From a virus (Duplodnaviria > Heunggongvirae > Uroviricota > Caudoviricetes), in the IMG/VR virus record IMGVR_UViG_2541047965_000007, positions 1-48,732 of that record: a stretch of 48,732 nucleotides of DNA; one strand, 5' to 3'. Below the pieces are notes generated by a model. It saw only the letters and a list, made by a program, of their open reading frames with translations. It was not told the origin of the DNA and did no database searches. This document shows positions 1-10,074 of the stretch, in pieces (positions within the stretch are counted from its first letter, which is position 1; each line of letters opens with the position of its first letter). A program made the translations under genes and the position numbers.

Positions 1-483
1 ATGACGAAGAAAAAAGCACATAAACCTGGTTCAGCGACCATCGCGCTTAACAAGCGCGCCCGTCACGAATACTTTATCGAAGAAGAGTTCGAAGCGGGAC
101 TTGCCCTGCAAGGCTGGGAGGTTAAATCCCTGCGCGCAGGAAAAGCCAATATCAGCGACAGCTATGTCCTTCTGCGCGACGGAGAGGCATTTCTGTTTGG
201 CGCTAACATCACGCCAATGGCTGTGGCCTCCACGCATGTGGTGTGCGATCCTACCCGTACCCGCAAGTTACTTCTCAACCAGCGCGAACTGGACTCATTG
301 TACGGTCGCGTCAATCGAGAAGGCTATACCGTAGTGGCGCTCTCCCTGTACTGGAAAAATGCCTGGTGCAAAGTGAAAATCGGCGTCGCCAAAGGTAAGA
401 AACAGCACGATAAACGTTCAGATATCAAAGAACGCGAATGGCAGGTGGATAAAGCGCGTATCATGAAAAACGCCCACCGTTAA
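1..483 (+). CDS. smpB: SsrA-binding protein SmpB
   Basis: 160-aa ORF; sequence recognised as SmpB and located immediately upstream of the tmRNA gene, the conserved arrangement. Confidence 0.95.
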
Positions 484-696
484 ACCTATATAAGCGATAC
501 TAATCAAATCCTCACCGCGCCTCCCTATCCGGTGGCGCGAATGAACATCTTATCGACTGTCAAATCTGACACAGATGTAGCCATCCCATTGCTTAATCGA
601 AAAAAATCATACTATGCAGGCGCTAATTCCAGGATGATAACGCCTTTTGGGCTAGTCATGCGGCTCATAAATCTGGTATACTTACCGTTACACATT

Positions 697-1059
697 GGGG
701 CTGATTCTGGATTCGACGGGATTTGCGAAACCCAAGGTGCATGCCGAGGGGCGGTTGGCCTCGTAAAAAGCCGCAAAAAATAGTCGCAAACGACGAAAAC
801 TACGCTTTAGCAGCTTAATAACCTGCTTAGAGCCCTCTCTCCCTAGCCTCCGCTCTTAGGACGGGGATCAAGAGAGGTCAAACCCAAAAGAGATCGCGTG
901 GAAGCCCTGCCTGGGGTTGAAGCGTTAAAACTTAATCAGGCTAGTTTGTTAGTGGCGTGTCCGTCCGCAGCTGGCAAGCGAATGTAAAGACTGACTAAGC
1001 ATGTAGTACCGAGGATGTAGGAATTTCGGACGCGGGTTCAACTCCCGCCAGCTCCACCA
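697..1059 (+). ncRNA. ssrA: tmRNA (SsrA), about 363 nt, with internal tag reading frame ANDENYALAA-stop at 786..818
   Basis: Starts GGGGCTGATTCTGGATTCGACGGG and ends tRNA-like GGTTCAACTCCCGCCAGCTCCACCA; tag peptide frame gcaaacgacgaaaactacgctttagcagcttaa read directly. Confidence 0.95.
1015..1059. repeat. att core copy 1 (45 bp, the 3' end of intact ssrA)
   Basis: atgtaggaatttcggacgcgggttcaactcccgccagctccacca is repeated exactly at 34600..34644. Confidence 0.85.
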
Positions 1060-1182
1060 AATAAATCAAGGGGTTACGTGAAAGCGTGGCCCCTTTTTCT
1101 TTGGTAGTGGCGGCAAAATGGCGACAGACTTTTGCGTCCATCTTGCCTGTCGCCATCTTGAAATCATGCAAAGAGGTTTCAC

Positions 1183-1665
1183 ATGGAAGAACTTCACTTT
1201 GTTTACATCAATGCAAATGGTCGTATCGGTGTTCACTCTATACAGAGCATCAGTTATAGCGAAAATCATATACAGGGCATTTGTAAGAACACCGATCGAA
1301 TAAAAACCTTCCGAAAAGACCGCATTCTTAAACAGTACGATTCACCAGAACAAGCCATTCAGGAGTGCGCGTCATTCCTCCCCGAAAACTACTCACATCT
1401 CACCAAGCAGTCTGGTCCGAAAAAAAATACATTCGATGTATGTTTCACCGGATTTAAGAAAGCAGATAAAGAAAGATTGGTTGATAAGGCGAATGAACAA
1501 GGATTAACGGTAAGAACCTCTGTAACCCAAAGCCTTCAGATGCTCTGTTGCGGTTACAATGCAGGCCCATCAAAAGTATCGGCAGCCCGGATGAAAGGCA
1601 CAATCATCATAGATGAGCCTGGCTTTATACATTTTCTTGAAACGGGTGAGATCCCAGATGAATAA
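1183..1665 (+). CDS. hypothetical small protein; C-terminal BRCT-like region, N-terminal R-x-F-R-x-D-R-I motif reminiscent of WYL domains; prophage-end cargo
   Basis: 160-aa ORF with SD aaagagg 7 nt upstream; AT-richer than neighbours; lies between the att core and ogr where P2 has no gene. Domain assignment is by eye only. Confidence 0.5.
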   Translation: MEELHFVYINANGRIGVHSIQSISYSENHIQGICKNTDRIKTFRKDRILKQYDSPEQAIQECASFLPENYSHLTKQSGPKKNTFDVCFTGFKKADKERLVDKANEQGLTVRTSVTQSLQMLCCGYNAGPSKVSAARMKGTIIIDEPGFIHFLETGEIPDE

Positions 1666-1691
1666 AAACCTGCCGTAGCAGGTTCTCTTTC

Positions 1692-1910
1692 TCAAAAATT
1701 CATATGCCCCTGACCACCTGGCAATGGATGTGGAGGAGCAGTAGCAATCAGTGCGGGTGTCACAATAAACCGGACCACTGTTTCATGGGTAACAAAAGTG
1801 CTCCCGCAGTTAATATTTTGGCACTGGCAGTAACGCTCTTTGGTGCTTTCAGTTACTTGAAAACTGCTCCTTGTGTGTGCCGCATGACCACACTTTGGAC
1901 AATTCATCAT
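1692..1910 (-). CDS. ogr: Ogr-type zinc-finger late-gene activator (start taken at internal Met; the ORF track extends to 1955)
   Basis: CPKCGHAAHTRSS ... CQCQNINCGSTF Cys4 pattern typical of P2 Ogr / 186 B / P4 Delta; sits next to gene D as in P2. Confidence 0.8.
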   Translation of the reverse strand: MMNCPKCGHAAHTRSSFQVTESTKERYCQCQNINCGSTFVTHETVVRFIVTPALIATAPPHPLPGGQGHMNF

Positions 1911-1978
1911 ATCCAGATCCCTACCTTTGCTATCAGAATCATTGTAATGATACACAAAATATCAATATTGAGAACACT

Positions 1979-3079
1979 TTATTCCATTTCAAGATCATCA
2001 ATCTTCACTTCGAGTTCAATACTGGTTGTAAAACCGTTATCCGGGCTGACGGTATGTGTCAGAGTCGTAATGGTCCATTCCGCATCATCTATCGGCTGTT
2101 TAAAACCACTGACCTTCACAGGCATTTCCGTGTAGAGATCTGCCCGCCCTTCCGCCAGTTGTAGCGAGAATGACGCAACGCCACGTTGCAGGCGTTCCCA
2201 CTGCATTTTCGCTGCCCGTTCAGCGTTGCTCCGGTTGGCATAAGTGCGATTAAGTACCAGCACGTTTTCATCCGTCCCCACCAGGTAATCGCCCTGCTTC
2301 GCTTCCGGCTCTTTCTTCTGCTTCTTAGTCCTGCGCTTACGCTTCACCGTAGTGCTTTCTTTCTTCGCGGGTTCGCGGGTATGCAACCAGCTGGCAAGTA
2401 CCCCCGTGTAAGCTCCGCGATCTGCCAGGGTAAAGCGGTGACTGTCGCCGTCCTTACGTGTGATAGTAATCACCGGCAGTGGTTTACCGCTGGCGCTTTT
2501 GCCCTGTCCCTGCCGGATGAATAACAGATTGCCATTTTTCACCGATGCAATGGCACCGTACTGGCGCGCCAGCCGCATCAAAAAACTGCCGTCACTCTCA
2601 TTAGTCTGGTCTATATGCTCCACGGGCTTATCCGACAGGTCTTTACCCAGTGCCATCTTCAGCTTGTGCCGCGCGGCTATTTCCTTCACCACTTCCCCGA
2701 TGGTGGTGTTATGCCACGATTTTTCACGGCGGGTATTCAGCGTTTCCCGAAAATCAGCACTTCGCGCCCGGATAGTCAGGCGGTCCGGTGCGCCAGTGTG
2801 TTCAATCTCGTCCACCGTGAATGCCCCTTTCGGGAAAAGCGGCTGCCCCTTCCAGCCCAGCGCCAGCGTAATGACCGCACCACGGCGCGGCAGCACGATT
2901 TTTCCGTCGGCGTCGTCCAGCTCCAGATCAAGCTGGTCCGCTTCAAAGCCCCGGTTATCCGTCAGCGTAAGCCCCATCAGGCGTTTGTCCAGCACAGTGG
3001 TGATATCCTTCCCCTCAATACTGATGCTGAATGCGGGAGTTTTGTTGCCTTTGTTAAGCAGTTCAGAGCTGAAATTCAC
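1979..3079 (-). CDS. D: tail protein gpD
   Basis: 366-aa ORF; size and position (ogr-D-U-T) match P2. Confidence 0.85.
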   Translation of the reverse strand: MNFSSELLNKGNKTPAFSISIEGKDITTVLDKRLMGLTLTDNRGFEADQLDLELDDADGKIVLPRRGAVITLALGWKGQPLFPKGAFTVDEIEHTGAPDRLTIRARSADFRETLNTRREKSWHNTTIGEVVKEIAARHKLKMALGKDLSDKPVEHIDQTNESDGSFLMRLARQYGAIASVKNGNLLFIRQGQGKSASGKPLPVITITRKDGDSHRFTLADRGAYTGVLASWLHTREPAKKESTTVKRKRRTKKQKKEPEAKQGDYLVGTDENVLVLNRTYANRSNAERAAKMQWERLQRGVASFSLQLAEGRADLYTEMPVKVSGFKQPIDDAEWTITTLTHTVSPDNGFTTSIELEVKIDDLEME

Positions 3080-3561
3080 GACAGCAGCCCTCCCACCGTT
3101 TTACTGATATCGCTTAAGGCAGACGTTGCCGTATCCTGCAAATTATTCAGCTGCGCACTGAGATCACCGAACATATCGGACAGGGATTCATCCACCCGTT
3201 TGAGCGACAGGGTAAACTCAATCCGGCGCGGCATACCATCGCGGAAAAACTCCGTTTTAGTCTGATTCAGTCCCTCAATCACATACATGCCGTAAATCGT
3301 GCCGCTGCCTTCAATCAGGGGCCATGCTTTTCCCTGTTCTGCCATCTGCTCCAGAGCCAGCAACGACAGCCTGCCGCCCGTTATCTCCGGCATAAGAACA
3401 CCAGAAAGCGTCAGCATGTCGTTGTCCGGTCCCAGAAACTGCGTGGACGGACGACGGTTTACCCGGCTGTTTGCCGCATGTCGCCAGCTGCGTTGATACT
3501 GCAGTTCCTGATACGGAACGGTGCGCAGCATAAACACGTACAATCCCAGCACCATCATCAT
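3076..3561 (-). CDS. U: tail protein gpU
   Basis: 161-aa ORF, start overlaps stop of T and end overlaps start of D; P2 synteny. Confidence 0.8.
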   Translation of the reverse strand: MMMVLGLYVFMLRTVPYQELQYQRSWRHAANSRVNRRPSTQFLGPDNDMLTLSGVLMPEITGGRLSLLALEQMAEQGKAWPLIEGSGTIYGMYVIEGLNQTKTEFFRDGMPRRIEFTLSLKRVDESLSDMFGDLSAQLNNLQDTATSALSDISKTVGGLLS

Positions 3562-6500
3562 GCGTCGTATCCCCCCTGATCGCTGTAGTTACTCCTGGCT
3601 TTTGCCTTCAGCCTGCGTTCACGTTCATCAAGCTGGCGTGCCACCTCCCGCGCAATATCCTGCGCACTTTGTCCTGGCTGCGTCTGAATGATGATCTGCG
3701 TCGGTGCCTCAATCCGGTGAACGGGCGGCACAGTGGCTGCACGACTCACCATCGCTTCGTCGCCTTTCGCGGGAAGTGCCAAAGGATGCAACGGTGGAAG
3801 CTCTGCAGGCGCGGCAGCAACGCCCATCATTCCGGCAACAACGGCAGCCAGTGCAGCTGTATTTCTCCGGCTGGTCACATTTGCCGGGCCGTTAACAATT
3901 TCCGGCCCGTTTTCACCGACGATGCCAAACTGCCCACGCGGGATATAGCCGCCGCTGTCATACATCCCCGCAAAGCCATATCCCCATGACGGAAAACCCC
4001 CCGATGGCATCATCACTTTACCGTCTGCATTCACCGTCGCAGGTTGCTGACGCGTCACTCTTTCCGGCAATTTCGCCTTTGCAGCCTCTTTACTGACAAT
4101 GCCGAGTTTCTCCAGCAACCAGGAAACGCCGGATTTCAGGGAGTCCAGCGGATGCATGACCATATTCAGCCCTTCCGCCAGTGCCTCCCCGAATCGCCGC
4201 CCCATTGCCGCTGCACTCTGCAGTTCGGCAGAGGTCGACTTAACGGGCGTCAGCAGATCAGTAAACCAGCCCCACAGCGCCTGTACTTTGTCGCCAATCC
4301 ACTGGAACACGGGCTTAAGCGGTTCGAATGCTGCACTGACGGGACCTGCCGCCGCTTTGAATCCTTCCACCACGCCACCAAGAAATGCGGTGATGGGTTG
4401 CCAGTATTTCCAGACAACCAGCGCCACGCCCGCCAGTGCAGTAACCACAAGACCTATCGGACTGAGCAGAGCACCTAACAGACCAGATACGGCATACAGG
4501 GCAACGCGCAGCATCGCCAGTGGACCAGATGCCAGTACTCGCAGCACCGTGCCTGCGGAGGCCAGTCCACCGCGCAGTACCGCCAGAGGATTCATAAACA
4601 TCACAGCAACAGCACGTAAACCGGATAATCCAGACCGCAAAAGTGCAACCGGCGCACCTGCTACAGTTTTCAGGACATTTCCCGTCAGTGATGCCGTGCG
4701 GCGCAAAGACGACAACGGCGCAGTAAGTAAACCTGCGGCGTTGCCCGATGAAGCAAGCCCGCGTCGCAGCAGTGCAAGTGGTGCGCCAGCCAACCAGGAC
4801 AACGCGCTGCTGGTTCGCGTTACTGCTGCCGTAACGGAAGGTAACGTTTTGATACCCAGCACAGAGAACCCCAGACGGATGACTGCCAGCGGCCCCAGCA
4901 CAGCAGCCAACACCACAGCCAGGGTGCCGAGGCCCACAGTAACAGCAGCCACAACCGCGGCTACTTTCATCAGTGTGCCCGTCAGTTCAGGGTTAGCTTC
5001 CACCCAGCGACGCAACGCCCCCGTGATGCTTTTCACCGTGTACAGAATATCCATCAGCGGCTGGCGCAGCGTTTCGCCCAGGCTGCTGAAGGTGTTCTGC
5101 GCTCCGGTTTTGACCAACAACCACTGCGCAGAAAGTGAGTCCTTGTTAATGTCGGATTCTTTCTGCATCGAACCGAGCGCATCATTGCCCGCTGTCAGTT
5201 TTAGCTGGCGCTGCAGTTCCGGCAGGTTGTTTGCCAATTTCGCCGCATCATCGCCAAACTCTTTACCAAACAACATGGTCATGGCAGACAGGCGCTTATC
5301 CTGCGGCAGTGCGTTCACCTTCTCCAGTACGCGCTGGATAGTTCCCATCGCATCCTTCGTCATCTGCTTTTCAATCACTTCAGGATTGAGTTTCAGCAGA
5401 TTCATTCCTTCAAAGAAACTCTTGCTTTGCATGGTCGCAATGGACAATTCACGCACCATCGCGTTGGCAGCACTGGCAGCGACCTCCGGCGCAGCACCCA
5501 GTGTCAGGAAGGTGGAACCCAGCGCCGCCGCTTTACGATAATCCAGACGATCAGCCACACCGCCCAGGCGTTGCATGACATCAATGATGTCTGCCCCTTT
5601 CGACATAGCGTTATCATCCAGATAGTTCAGCGCATCACCGAGCTGTTCAATATTGCGGGTTGGTATTTTGTAGAGCTGGGCGATTTTCCCCAGACTTTCT
5701 GACAGTTCATCCGCTGGCAGCTCAAAGGCTGTTGCCGCCTTTGCTGCCGTACTGGCGAAGGCCAGCAGGTCACGTTTCTGGTCCTCCCAGCTGTCGTCAG
5801 GGTTTGCCACATTCATGCGCGCACCACCTTCAACCAGTGCGGCGAAGTCCACAGCACCGTTTTCCATTGGCAGCTGTTCACTGGCAGCTTTGATGGCATC
5901 CTGCATTTCGTAAAAACGCGCAGTGCGGTTGCCATTATCGTCACGCAGACCATTGACCTGCTTTGCCACACCTTTCATGGCATCTTCCATGCTGGTATAG
6001 CTTTTTACCGCCGCCATCACTGGCGCGCCCATTGCCAGCCCTGCAGCCGTGGTGGTGGCTCCGGCTCCTGCGATGCGATCGCGCACTTCAAGCCGTCTTG
6101 AGTATTGTTCTCTGGCAGCGTTCATCCGTGCCTGTTGTTCACCCAGACGTTTAAGTGCTTTTTTCTGGCCCTCCAGTGCCTGACGAGTTTCTTCGGCATT
6201 TTTCTTAAGTTCTCGCTGGGCACTACTGAGTTGTCTGGTATCAATCCCTGATTCTTTAAGTGCCTGACGTTGTCTCTGGACCGCCCCCAACAAGCCGTTA
6301 TAGGTCTGCTGAAGTTCCTGTACTCGTGTTTTGGCCTGACTGAATAACTTTGCCTGCGCGGCGGTTGGCCTGTTAGTGGCAGCAAATTGTGTGGCGAGTT
6401 TTGCCGCCTCTTCGCGGGCTGCGTTCAGGTTGTTGGCTGTTATGGCTAGTTGCGAGCGCGTCTTGCGAAATTCATCAATTCTGCCAGCCTGCTTATTCAG

Positions 6501-6635
6501 TTCTTTGAGGCTGTTTCGGGTATTCTGAATTGCGCCAGCCAGCTCTTTCGAACTGGCCTGTGCAGCACGGAATGGGCGGGTGAGTTTGTCAACCGCATTA
6601 AGAATGACCTGCAGGCGCAGGTTATTATCACTCAT
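3558..6635 (-). CDS. T: tail tape measure protein gpT
   Basis: 1025-aa ORF, Ala/Gly/Leu-rich with coiled-coil N-terminal half; follows E/E' as in P2. Confidence 0.85.
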   Translation of the reverse strand: MSDNNLRLQVILNAVDKLTRPFRAAQASSKELAGAIQNTRNSLKELNKQAGRIDEFRKTRSQLAITANNLNAAREEAAKLATQFAATNRPTAAQAKLFSQAKTRVQELQQTYNGLLGAVQRQRQALKESGIDTRQLSSAQRELKKNAEETRQALEGQKKALKRLGEQQARMNAAREQYSRRLEVRDRIAGAGATTTAAGLAMGAPVMAAVKSYTSMEDAMKGVAKQVNGLRDDNGNRTARFYEMQDAIKAASEQLPMENGAVDFAALVEGGARMNVANPDDSWEDQKRDLLAFASTAAKAATAFELPADELSESLGKIAQLYKIPTRNIEQLGDALNYLDDNAMSKGADIIDVMQRLGGVADRLDYRKAAALGSTFLTLGAAPEVAASAANAMVRELSIATMQSKSFFEGMNLLKLNPEVIEKQMTKDAMGTIQRVLEKVNALPQDKRLSAMTMLFGKEFGDDAAKLANNLPELQRQLKLTAGNDALGSMQKESDINKDSLSAQWLLVKTGAQNTFSSLGETLRQPLMDILYTVKSITGALRRWVEANPELTGTLMKVAAVVAAVTVGLGTLAVVLAAVLGPLAVIRLGFSVLGIKTLPSVTAAVTRTSSALSWLAGAPLALLRRGLASSGNAAGLLTAPLSSLRRTASLTGNVLKTVAGAPVALLRSGLSGLRAVAVMFMNPLAVLRGGLASAGTVLRVLASGPLAMLRVALYAVSGLLGALLSPIGLVVTALAGVALVVWKYWQPITAFLGGVVEGFKAAAGPVSAAFEPLKPVFQWIGDKVQALWGWFTDLLTPVKSTSAELQSAAAMGRRFGEALAEGLNMVMHPLDSLKSGVSWLLEKLGIVSKEAAKAKLPERVTRQQPATVNADGKVMMPSGGFPSWGYGFAGMYDSGGYIPRGQFGIVGENGPEIVNGPANVTSRRNTAALAAVVAGMMGVAAAPAELPPLHPLALPAKGDEAMVSRAATVPPVHRIEAPTQIIIQTQPGQSAQDIAREVARQLDERERRLKAKARSNYSDQGGYDA

Positions 6636-7064
6636 CGTTGGCCCCGCTTCTCTGAATCGCTTTATACCGCCATTCCAGCACTTCGGTCAGCGGCATAACG
6701 TCAGTAACGGATGGCGGCCAGTGAAAGATGGTGGCGATATCAGCCACCAGATCGTCAACCGTCAGGCTGTCGGTAAACCGGCAAGCACCGACTTCTTCAA
6801 CAAAAAAGTGACAACCTCAACCGACATGGCAGTGAGATCTGCCGGGTCCATCTCTGCAATTTCCTGTGCAGTCAGTGCCGGACTGGAGATGCGGGGGATC
6901 ACGGTCATCATCGCGTTCACATCCATATCCATAATGGCCTGCAGGCGTGTACCGCGCAGCGCACCGGACTGCGGTTTACGCAGCACAATTTCGGTGATTT
7001 CTGTTTTACCGCGCTTGATGGGGGTATCCAGTTGAATAGTCTTTTCAGTCTGCTTATCGCTCAT
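6628..7064 (-). CDS. E: tail assembly chaperone gpE (6762..7064) and its -1 frameshift extension gpE+E' (to 6628)
   Basis: 100-aa E ORF; slippery T_TTT_TTG at 6801..6807 in E frame; the -1 frame is open for 60 further codons and stops at a TGA overlapping the T start codon. Confidence 0.75.
6801..6807 (-). other. programmed -1 frameshift slippery heptamer T_TTT_TTG
   Basis: Forward caaaaaa; on the minus strand the E codons ACT TTT TTG place the heptamer in the X_XXY_YYZ register. Confidence 0.7.
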
Positions 7065-7118
7065 TTTGCTGTCCTGTAAATTGGGTTCTGGCGCGGTATC
7101 CCGCGCCGTTCAGATACA

Positions 7119-7634
7119 TCAGAGGCCGAGGGCGTTGCGGTGCGCTTCCATCAGGTCCACACCGTCCACAATTTCCACCATGTTGATAAGGTCCACTTCA
7201 TAGAGCACCTCACCATTTATAGTCAGCTTCGCGTAGCTGTTGGTACTGGTCACTTTGGTGGTGTTGCTTTCGCCCGTCTTCCACTCGCCGGAATCCACTT
7301 CTTTGTGACGTCCACGCACCACAAGCTCCACGGCCTGCACTTCCCCGGTATCGTCACGCTGGATAGAGCCGGTAAAGCGCAACTGGATACCATCCACCGT
7401 GGCTTTGCCCATCTGCTTAAACAGCAGCAGTTCAGTACCACCAATGGAAAATTCCGTATCCAGTGCGCCGTCATCCAGCCCCAGATCCACATCCACTGCA
7501 CCCGGCATTCCGCCGCCGCGATACTTCTCATATTTGCGGGTAAATTTCGGCAGCGTCAGCGACTCAACGATCCCCTGCCAGTTGTTCCCGTCATTAAACA
7601 GGTTCAGGTGTTTTAATTTGCGTGGTAAAGCCAT
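7119..7634 (-). CDS. FII: tail tube protein gpFII
   Basis: 171-aa ORF directly downstream of the sheath gene; P2 synteny and size. Confidence 0.85.
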   Translation of the reverse strand: MALPRKLKHLNLFNDGNNWQGIVESLTLPKFTRKYEKYRGGGMPGAVDVDLGLDDGALDTEFSIGGTELLLFKQMGKATVDGIQLRFTGSIQRDDTGEVQAVELVVRGRHKEVDSGEWKTGESNTTKVTSTNSYAKLTINGEVLYEVDLINMVEIVDGVDLMEAHRNALGL

Positions 7635-7643
7635 GTTGTCCCC

Positions 7644-8816
7644 TTACGCGCTGACCTGGCTGGAGAAATTAACCAGGTACTGATCGGTGATGCGCTGACG
7701 CAGCATCAGGTTTTCAAGTGGCGGCACTGGCGTGTAGTCGTAGTCGATGGTGAGTTTTCCGGCTTTCAGCGTGTCTTTGTCGTTCACCGACTCATCCAGC
7801 CAGCAATCACCACCAATGAGATAGCCCTGACTGACCAGGCTGCGCATTTTGGCGCGGATACCCTCGATAATGTCGCGGGCCAGCGACGGATTCAGCGGTT
7901 TATCCACCGCCCACATGTGCGCTTCTGCCATCGTGTCCGTCAGCACCTGCGCCGTGCGGGTGTAGTTTTCGAAGGCAAAGAGCGGGTCATCACTCAGGCA
8001 GCGGGAACCCCAGAAGCGAAAACCGTCTTTGCGGATAAGGGTGGTGACGTCGTTCTGGTTCAGCAGTCCCGCATCGGTTGCCGGGTCCTGCAGATCCCAG
8101 AACACATCAGCAGAAATTCCGGTGACACCGTTAACGCCCACGTTGGACAGGCTTTTGTGCCATCCGGTCTGCTCGTCAATTTTGGCGCGCAGACCAAGCG
8201 CACGGGCGGTGGCATAAGCCGTTGCTTCGGCATTCAGCACCGTGTCCCAGCCAGTAAAGTCAGGCCAGATCAGCATCCCTTCGCGCTGGCTGAAGTTTTC
8301 ACGGTAAGTGATCGCCTCCTGTACCGTCTTGCAGCCATACGCTGACAGGTAAGCAAATCCACGCAGGCTTTGCGCCACGCTCAGCAACTCAGTAGCTACC
8401 GCCTTGGTGTCGTGGCCTGGCACGCCGAGAATGCGCGGTTTAACGCCGAGCTGAGCCTGTGCAGATAACAGGGCTTTCATACCTGTTTTTTTACCTTCAG
8501 CAGTCACTGCGCCGATGATATTGGTCGTGGTTTCGTCTTCCGTTTCACCCTGCGGCACACGCACAACAACGGTCACGGGTTTTGCCTGGTCAGCGATGGC
8601 ATCCAGCGAACGAGCCAGCGTGCCTGACTCACCCGCTTTACCGCTGGCAGTCAGCACATCAGTGATCAGCACGGGTTTATTAAGAGGAAACATTTTTGCA
8701 TCGGCATCATCGCCCGTGCAGACCATACCCACGATGGCGGTGCTCACCGTGGTAATGGATCGGGTGCCTTCGTTGACTTCAACAACGCGCACCCCGTGGT
8801 GGTAATCCTGAGCCAT
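7644..8816 (-). CDS. FI: tail sheath protein gpFI
   Basis: 390-aa ORF; P2 synteny and size. Confidence 0.9.
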   Translation of the reverse strand: MAQDYHHGVRVVEVNEGTRSITTVSTAIVGMVCTGDDADAKMFPLNKPVLITDVLTASGKAGESGTLARSLDAIADQAKPVTVVVRVPQGETEDETTTNIIGAVTAEGKKTGMKALLSAQAQLGVKPRILGVPGHDTKAVATELLSVAQSLRGFAYLSAYGCKTVQEAITYRENFSQREGMLIWPDFTGWDTVLNAEATAYATARALGLRAKIDEQTGWHKSLSNVGVNGVTGISADVFWDLQDPATDAGLLNQNDVTTLIRKDGFRFWGSRCLSDDPLFAFENYTRTAQVLTDTMAEAHMWAVDKPLNPSLARDIIEGIRAKMRSLVSQGYLIGGDCWLDESVNDKDTLKAGKLTIDYDYTPVPPLENLMLRQRITDQYLVNFSSQVSA

Positions 8817-8958
8817 AGTGGCGAACCTCCTGATTGGATTAGGCTTCGCCCTATGTTGAAGTGATTGTGCCTGACAAACAGCTAAGCGCAGTTGTATCGT
8901 TATTCATACAAAATGACGGTATTTGTCTGCTTTCAGGGATAATCAACATAATGCTGAT

Positions 8959-9531
8959 TCAGGGGGATTCATTGCTCTTATTTGCCGGAAATTTTCTATA
9001 AATTGTGGAAACACCCACATCAAAAATCAGTGCAATACGCTGTCTTGATTCTCCGGCCTCGAGTAAACGTCCAATCTGTGCCCACTGTTCGGTGGTCAAC
9101 TTAGGACGGCGTCCACCTACTCTGCCTTTAGCACGAGCTGCAGCCAGCCCCGCCCTGGTACGTTCAACTATCAGTTCGCGTTCCATTTCAGCCAGGGCCC
9201 CCATGACATGAAAAAAGAAACGGCCCATTGGGGTGCTGGTATCAATACTGTCAGTCAGGCTTCGGAAATTCACGCCACGCTGGCGCAGCTCTTCTATCAG
9301 CGTAACAAGATGCCGCATACTGCGCCCCAGTCTGTCCAGCTTCCAGACAACCAGCGTGTCTCCTGCCGATAGTGTCCTGAGCAGCTTTTTCAGCCCCGGT
9401 CTGTCGGACTTGGTGCCACTGATTTTATCCTCAAAAATCCGCTCACATCCCGCACAGTTCAGTGCATTGCGTTGCAAATCGGTGTTCTGGTCATTTGTTG
9501 ACACGCGTACATAGCCAATAAGCATGATCAT
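8959..9531 (-). CDS. serine DNA invertase, Hin/Gin/Cin/Pin family (likely start at Met3, 9525)
   Basis: Near-identical over long stretches to Hin-type invertases: GYVRVSTNDQNTDLQRNAL, TLVVWKLDRLGRS, MGRFFFHVMGALAEMERELIVERT, C-terminal HTH. Confidence 0.9.
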   Translation of the reverse strand: MIMLIGYVRVSTNDQNTDLQRNALNCAGCERIFEDKISGTKSDRPGLKKLLRTLSAGDTLVVWKLDRLGRSMRHLVTLIEELRQRGVNFRSLTDSIDTSTPMGRFFFHVMGALAEMERELIVERTRAGLAAARAKGRVGGRRPKLTTEQWAQIGRLLEAGESRQRIALIFDVGVSTIYRKFPANKSNESP

Positions 9532-9552
9532 CCCCCTGAATAAAAACCGGAG

Positions 9553-10074
9553 ATGATGCCAGTTAGCCGTTATCTCTGCATTTTCATAAACGTTGGTTTG
9601 GGAGAAGGCTCTGCATTACCTGTTGGTGTGCCTGTTCCATGGCCTTCAGCCACACCGCCAACAGGCTGGCTGAAATGCAACGGTGCGGCTTTTTCTGCTG
9701 AAGAATACCCGGAACTGGCAAAGGCTTATCCGACAAATAAATTGCCTGATTTACGTGGTGAGTTTATTCGTGGCTGGGATGACGGGCGCGGTATTGATGC
9801 AGGACGTGTTTTATTGAGCATTCAGACAGGGATGCTGGAAAAACACCGCCATATTGTTGTTGCCAATGATGGTTACGACACAAAAGATGAATGGGAACTG
9901 GCTACGATTTTCAAAAAGACATACACACAAGGACGGGGACTTGATGCCACAAATACAGGAGGGAGTCTGATCCCATCACCGACACTTCATTCACGAGGGA
10001 GTATCGGTAATACTGGCGGGAGTGAAACCCGTCCACGAAATATTGCATTTAACTATATCGTGAGGGCTGCATAA
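9553..10074 (+). CDS. alternative tail-fibre C-terminal cassette (silent in this orientation; would fuse to H constant region after inversion)
   Basis: ORF reads in frame through the crossover site (VGLGEGS...), with no plausible independent promoter or SD. Confidence 0.65.
   Translation: MMPVSRYLCIFINVGLGEGSALPVGVPVPWPSATPPTGWLKCNGAAFSAEEYPELAKAYPTNKLPDLRGEFIRGWDDGRGIDAGRVLLSIQTGMLEKHRHIVVANDGYDTKDEWELATIFKKTYTQGRGLDATNTGGSLIPSPTLHSRGSIGNTGGSETRPRNIAFNYIVRAA
9581..9606. repeat. 26-bp invertase crossover site, left
   Basis: ttttcataaacgttggtttgggagaa; its reverse complement shares its first 14 nt (ttctcccaaaccaa) with the site at 11423..11448; resembles hix/gix/cix sites with a central AA. 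Confidence 0.7.

Noticed and set aside
532-783. 83-aa ORF overlapping the tmRNA gene
   Set aside because: Lies inside ssrA, which is a structural RNA; the only translated part of tmRNA is the short tag frame at 786..818.
4099-5541. 480-aa plus-strand ORF inside the tape-measure gene (and similar long antisense ORFs at 21248..22261 and 44765..45526)
   Set aside because: Antisense to long, well-supported genes in GC-rich DNA where stop-free antisense frames arise by chance; low-complexity Ala/Ser/Pro/Arg composition.
9553-10074. Treating the 173-aa plus-strand ORF as an independent gene
   Set aside because: It reads in frame through the inversion crossover site and has no promoter or SD; it is better explained as the silent alternative 3' cassette of the tail-fibre gene.
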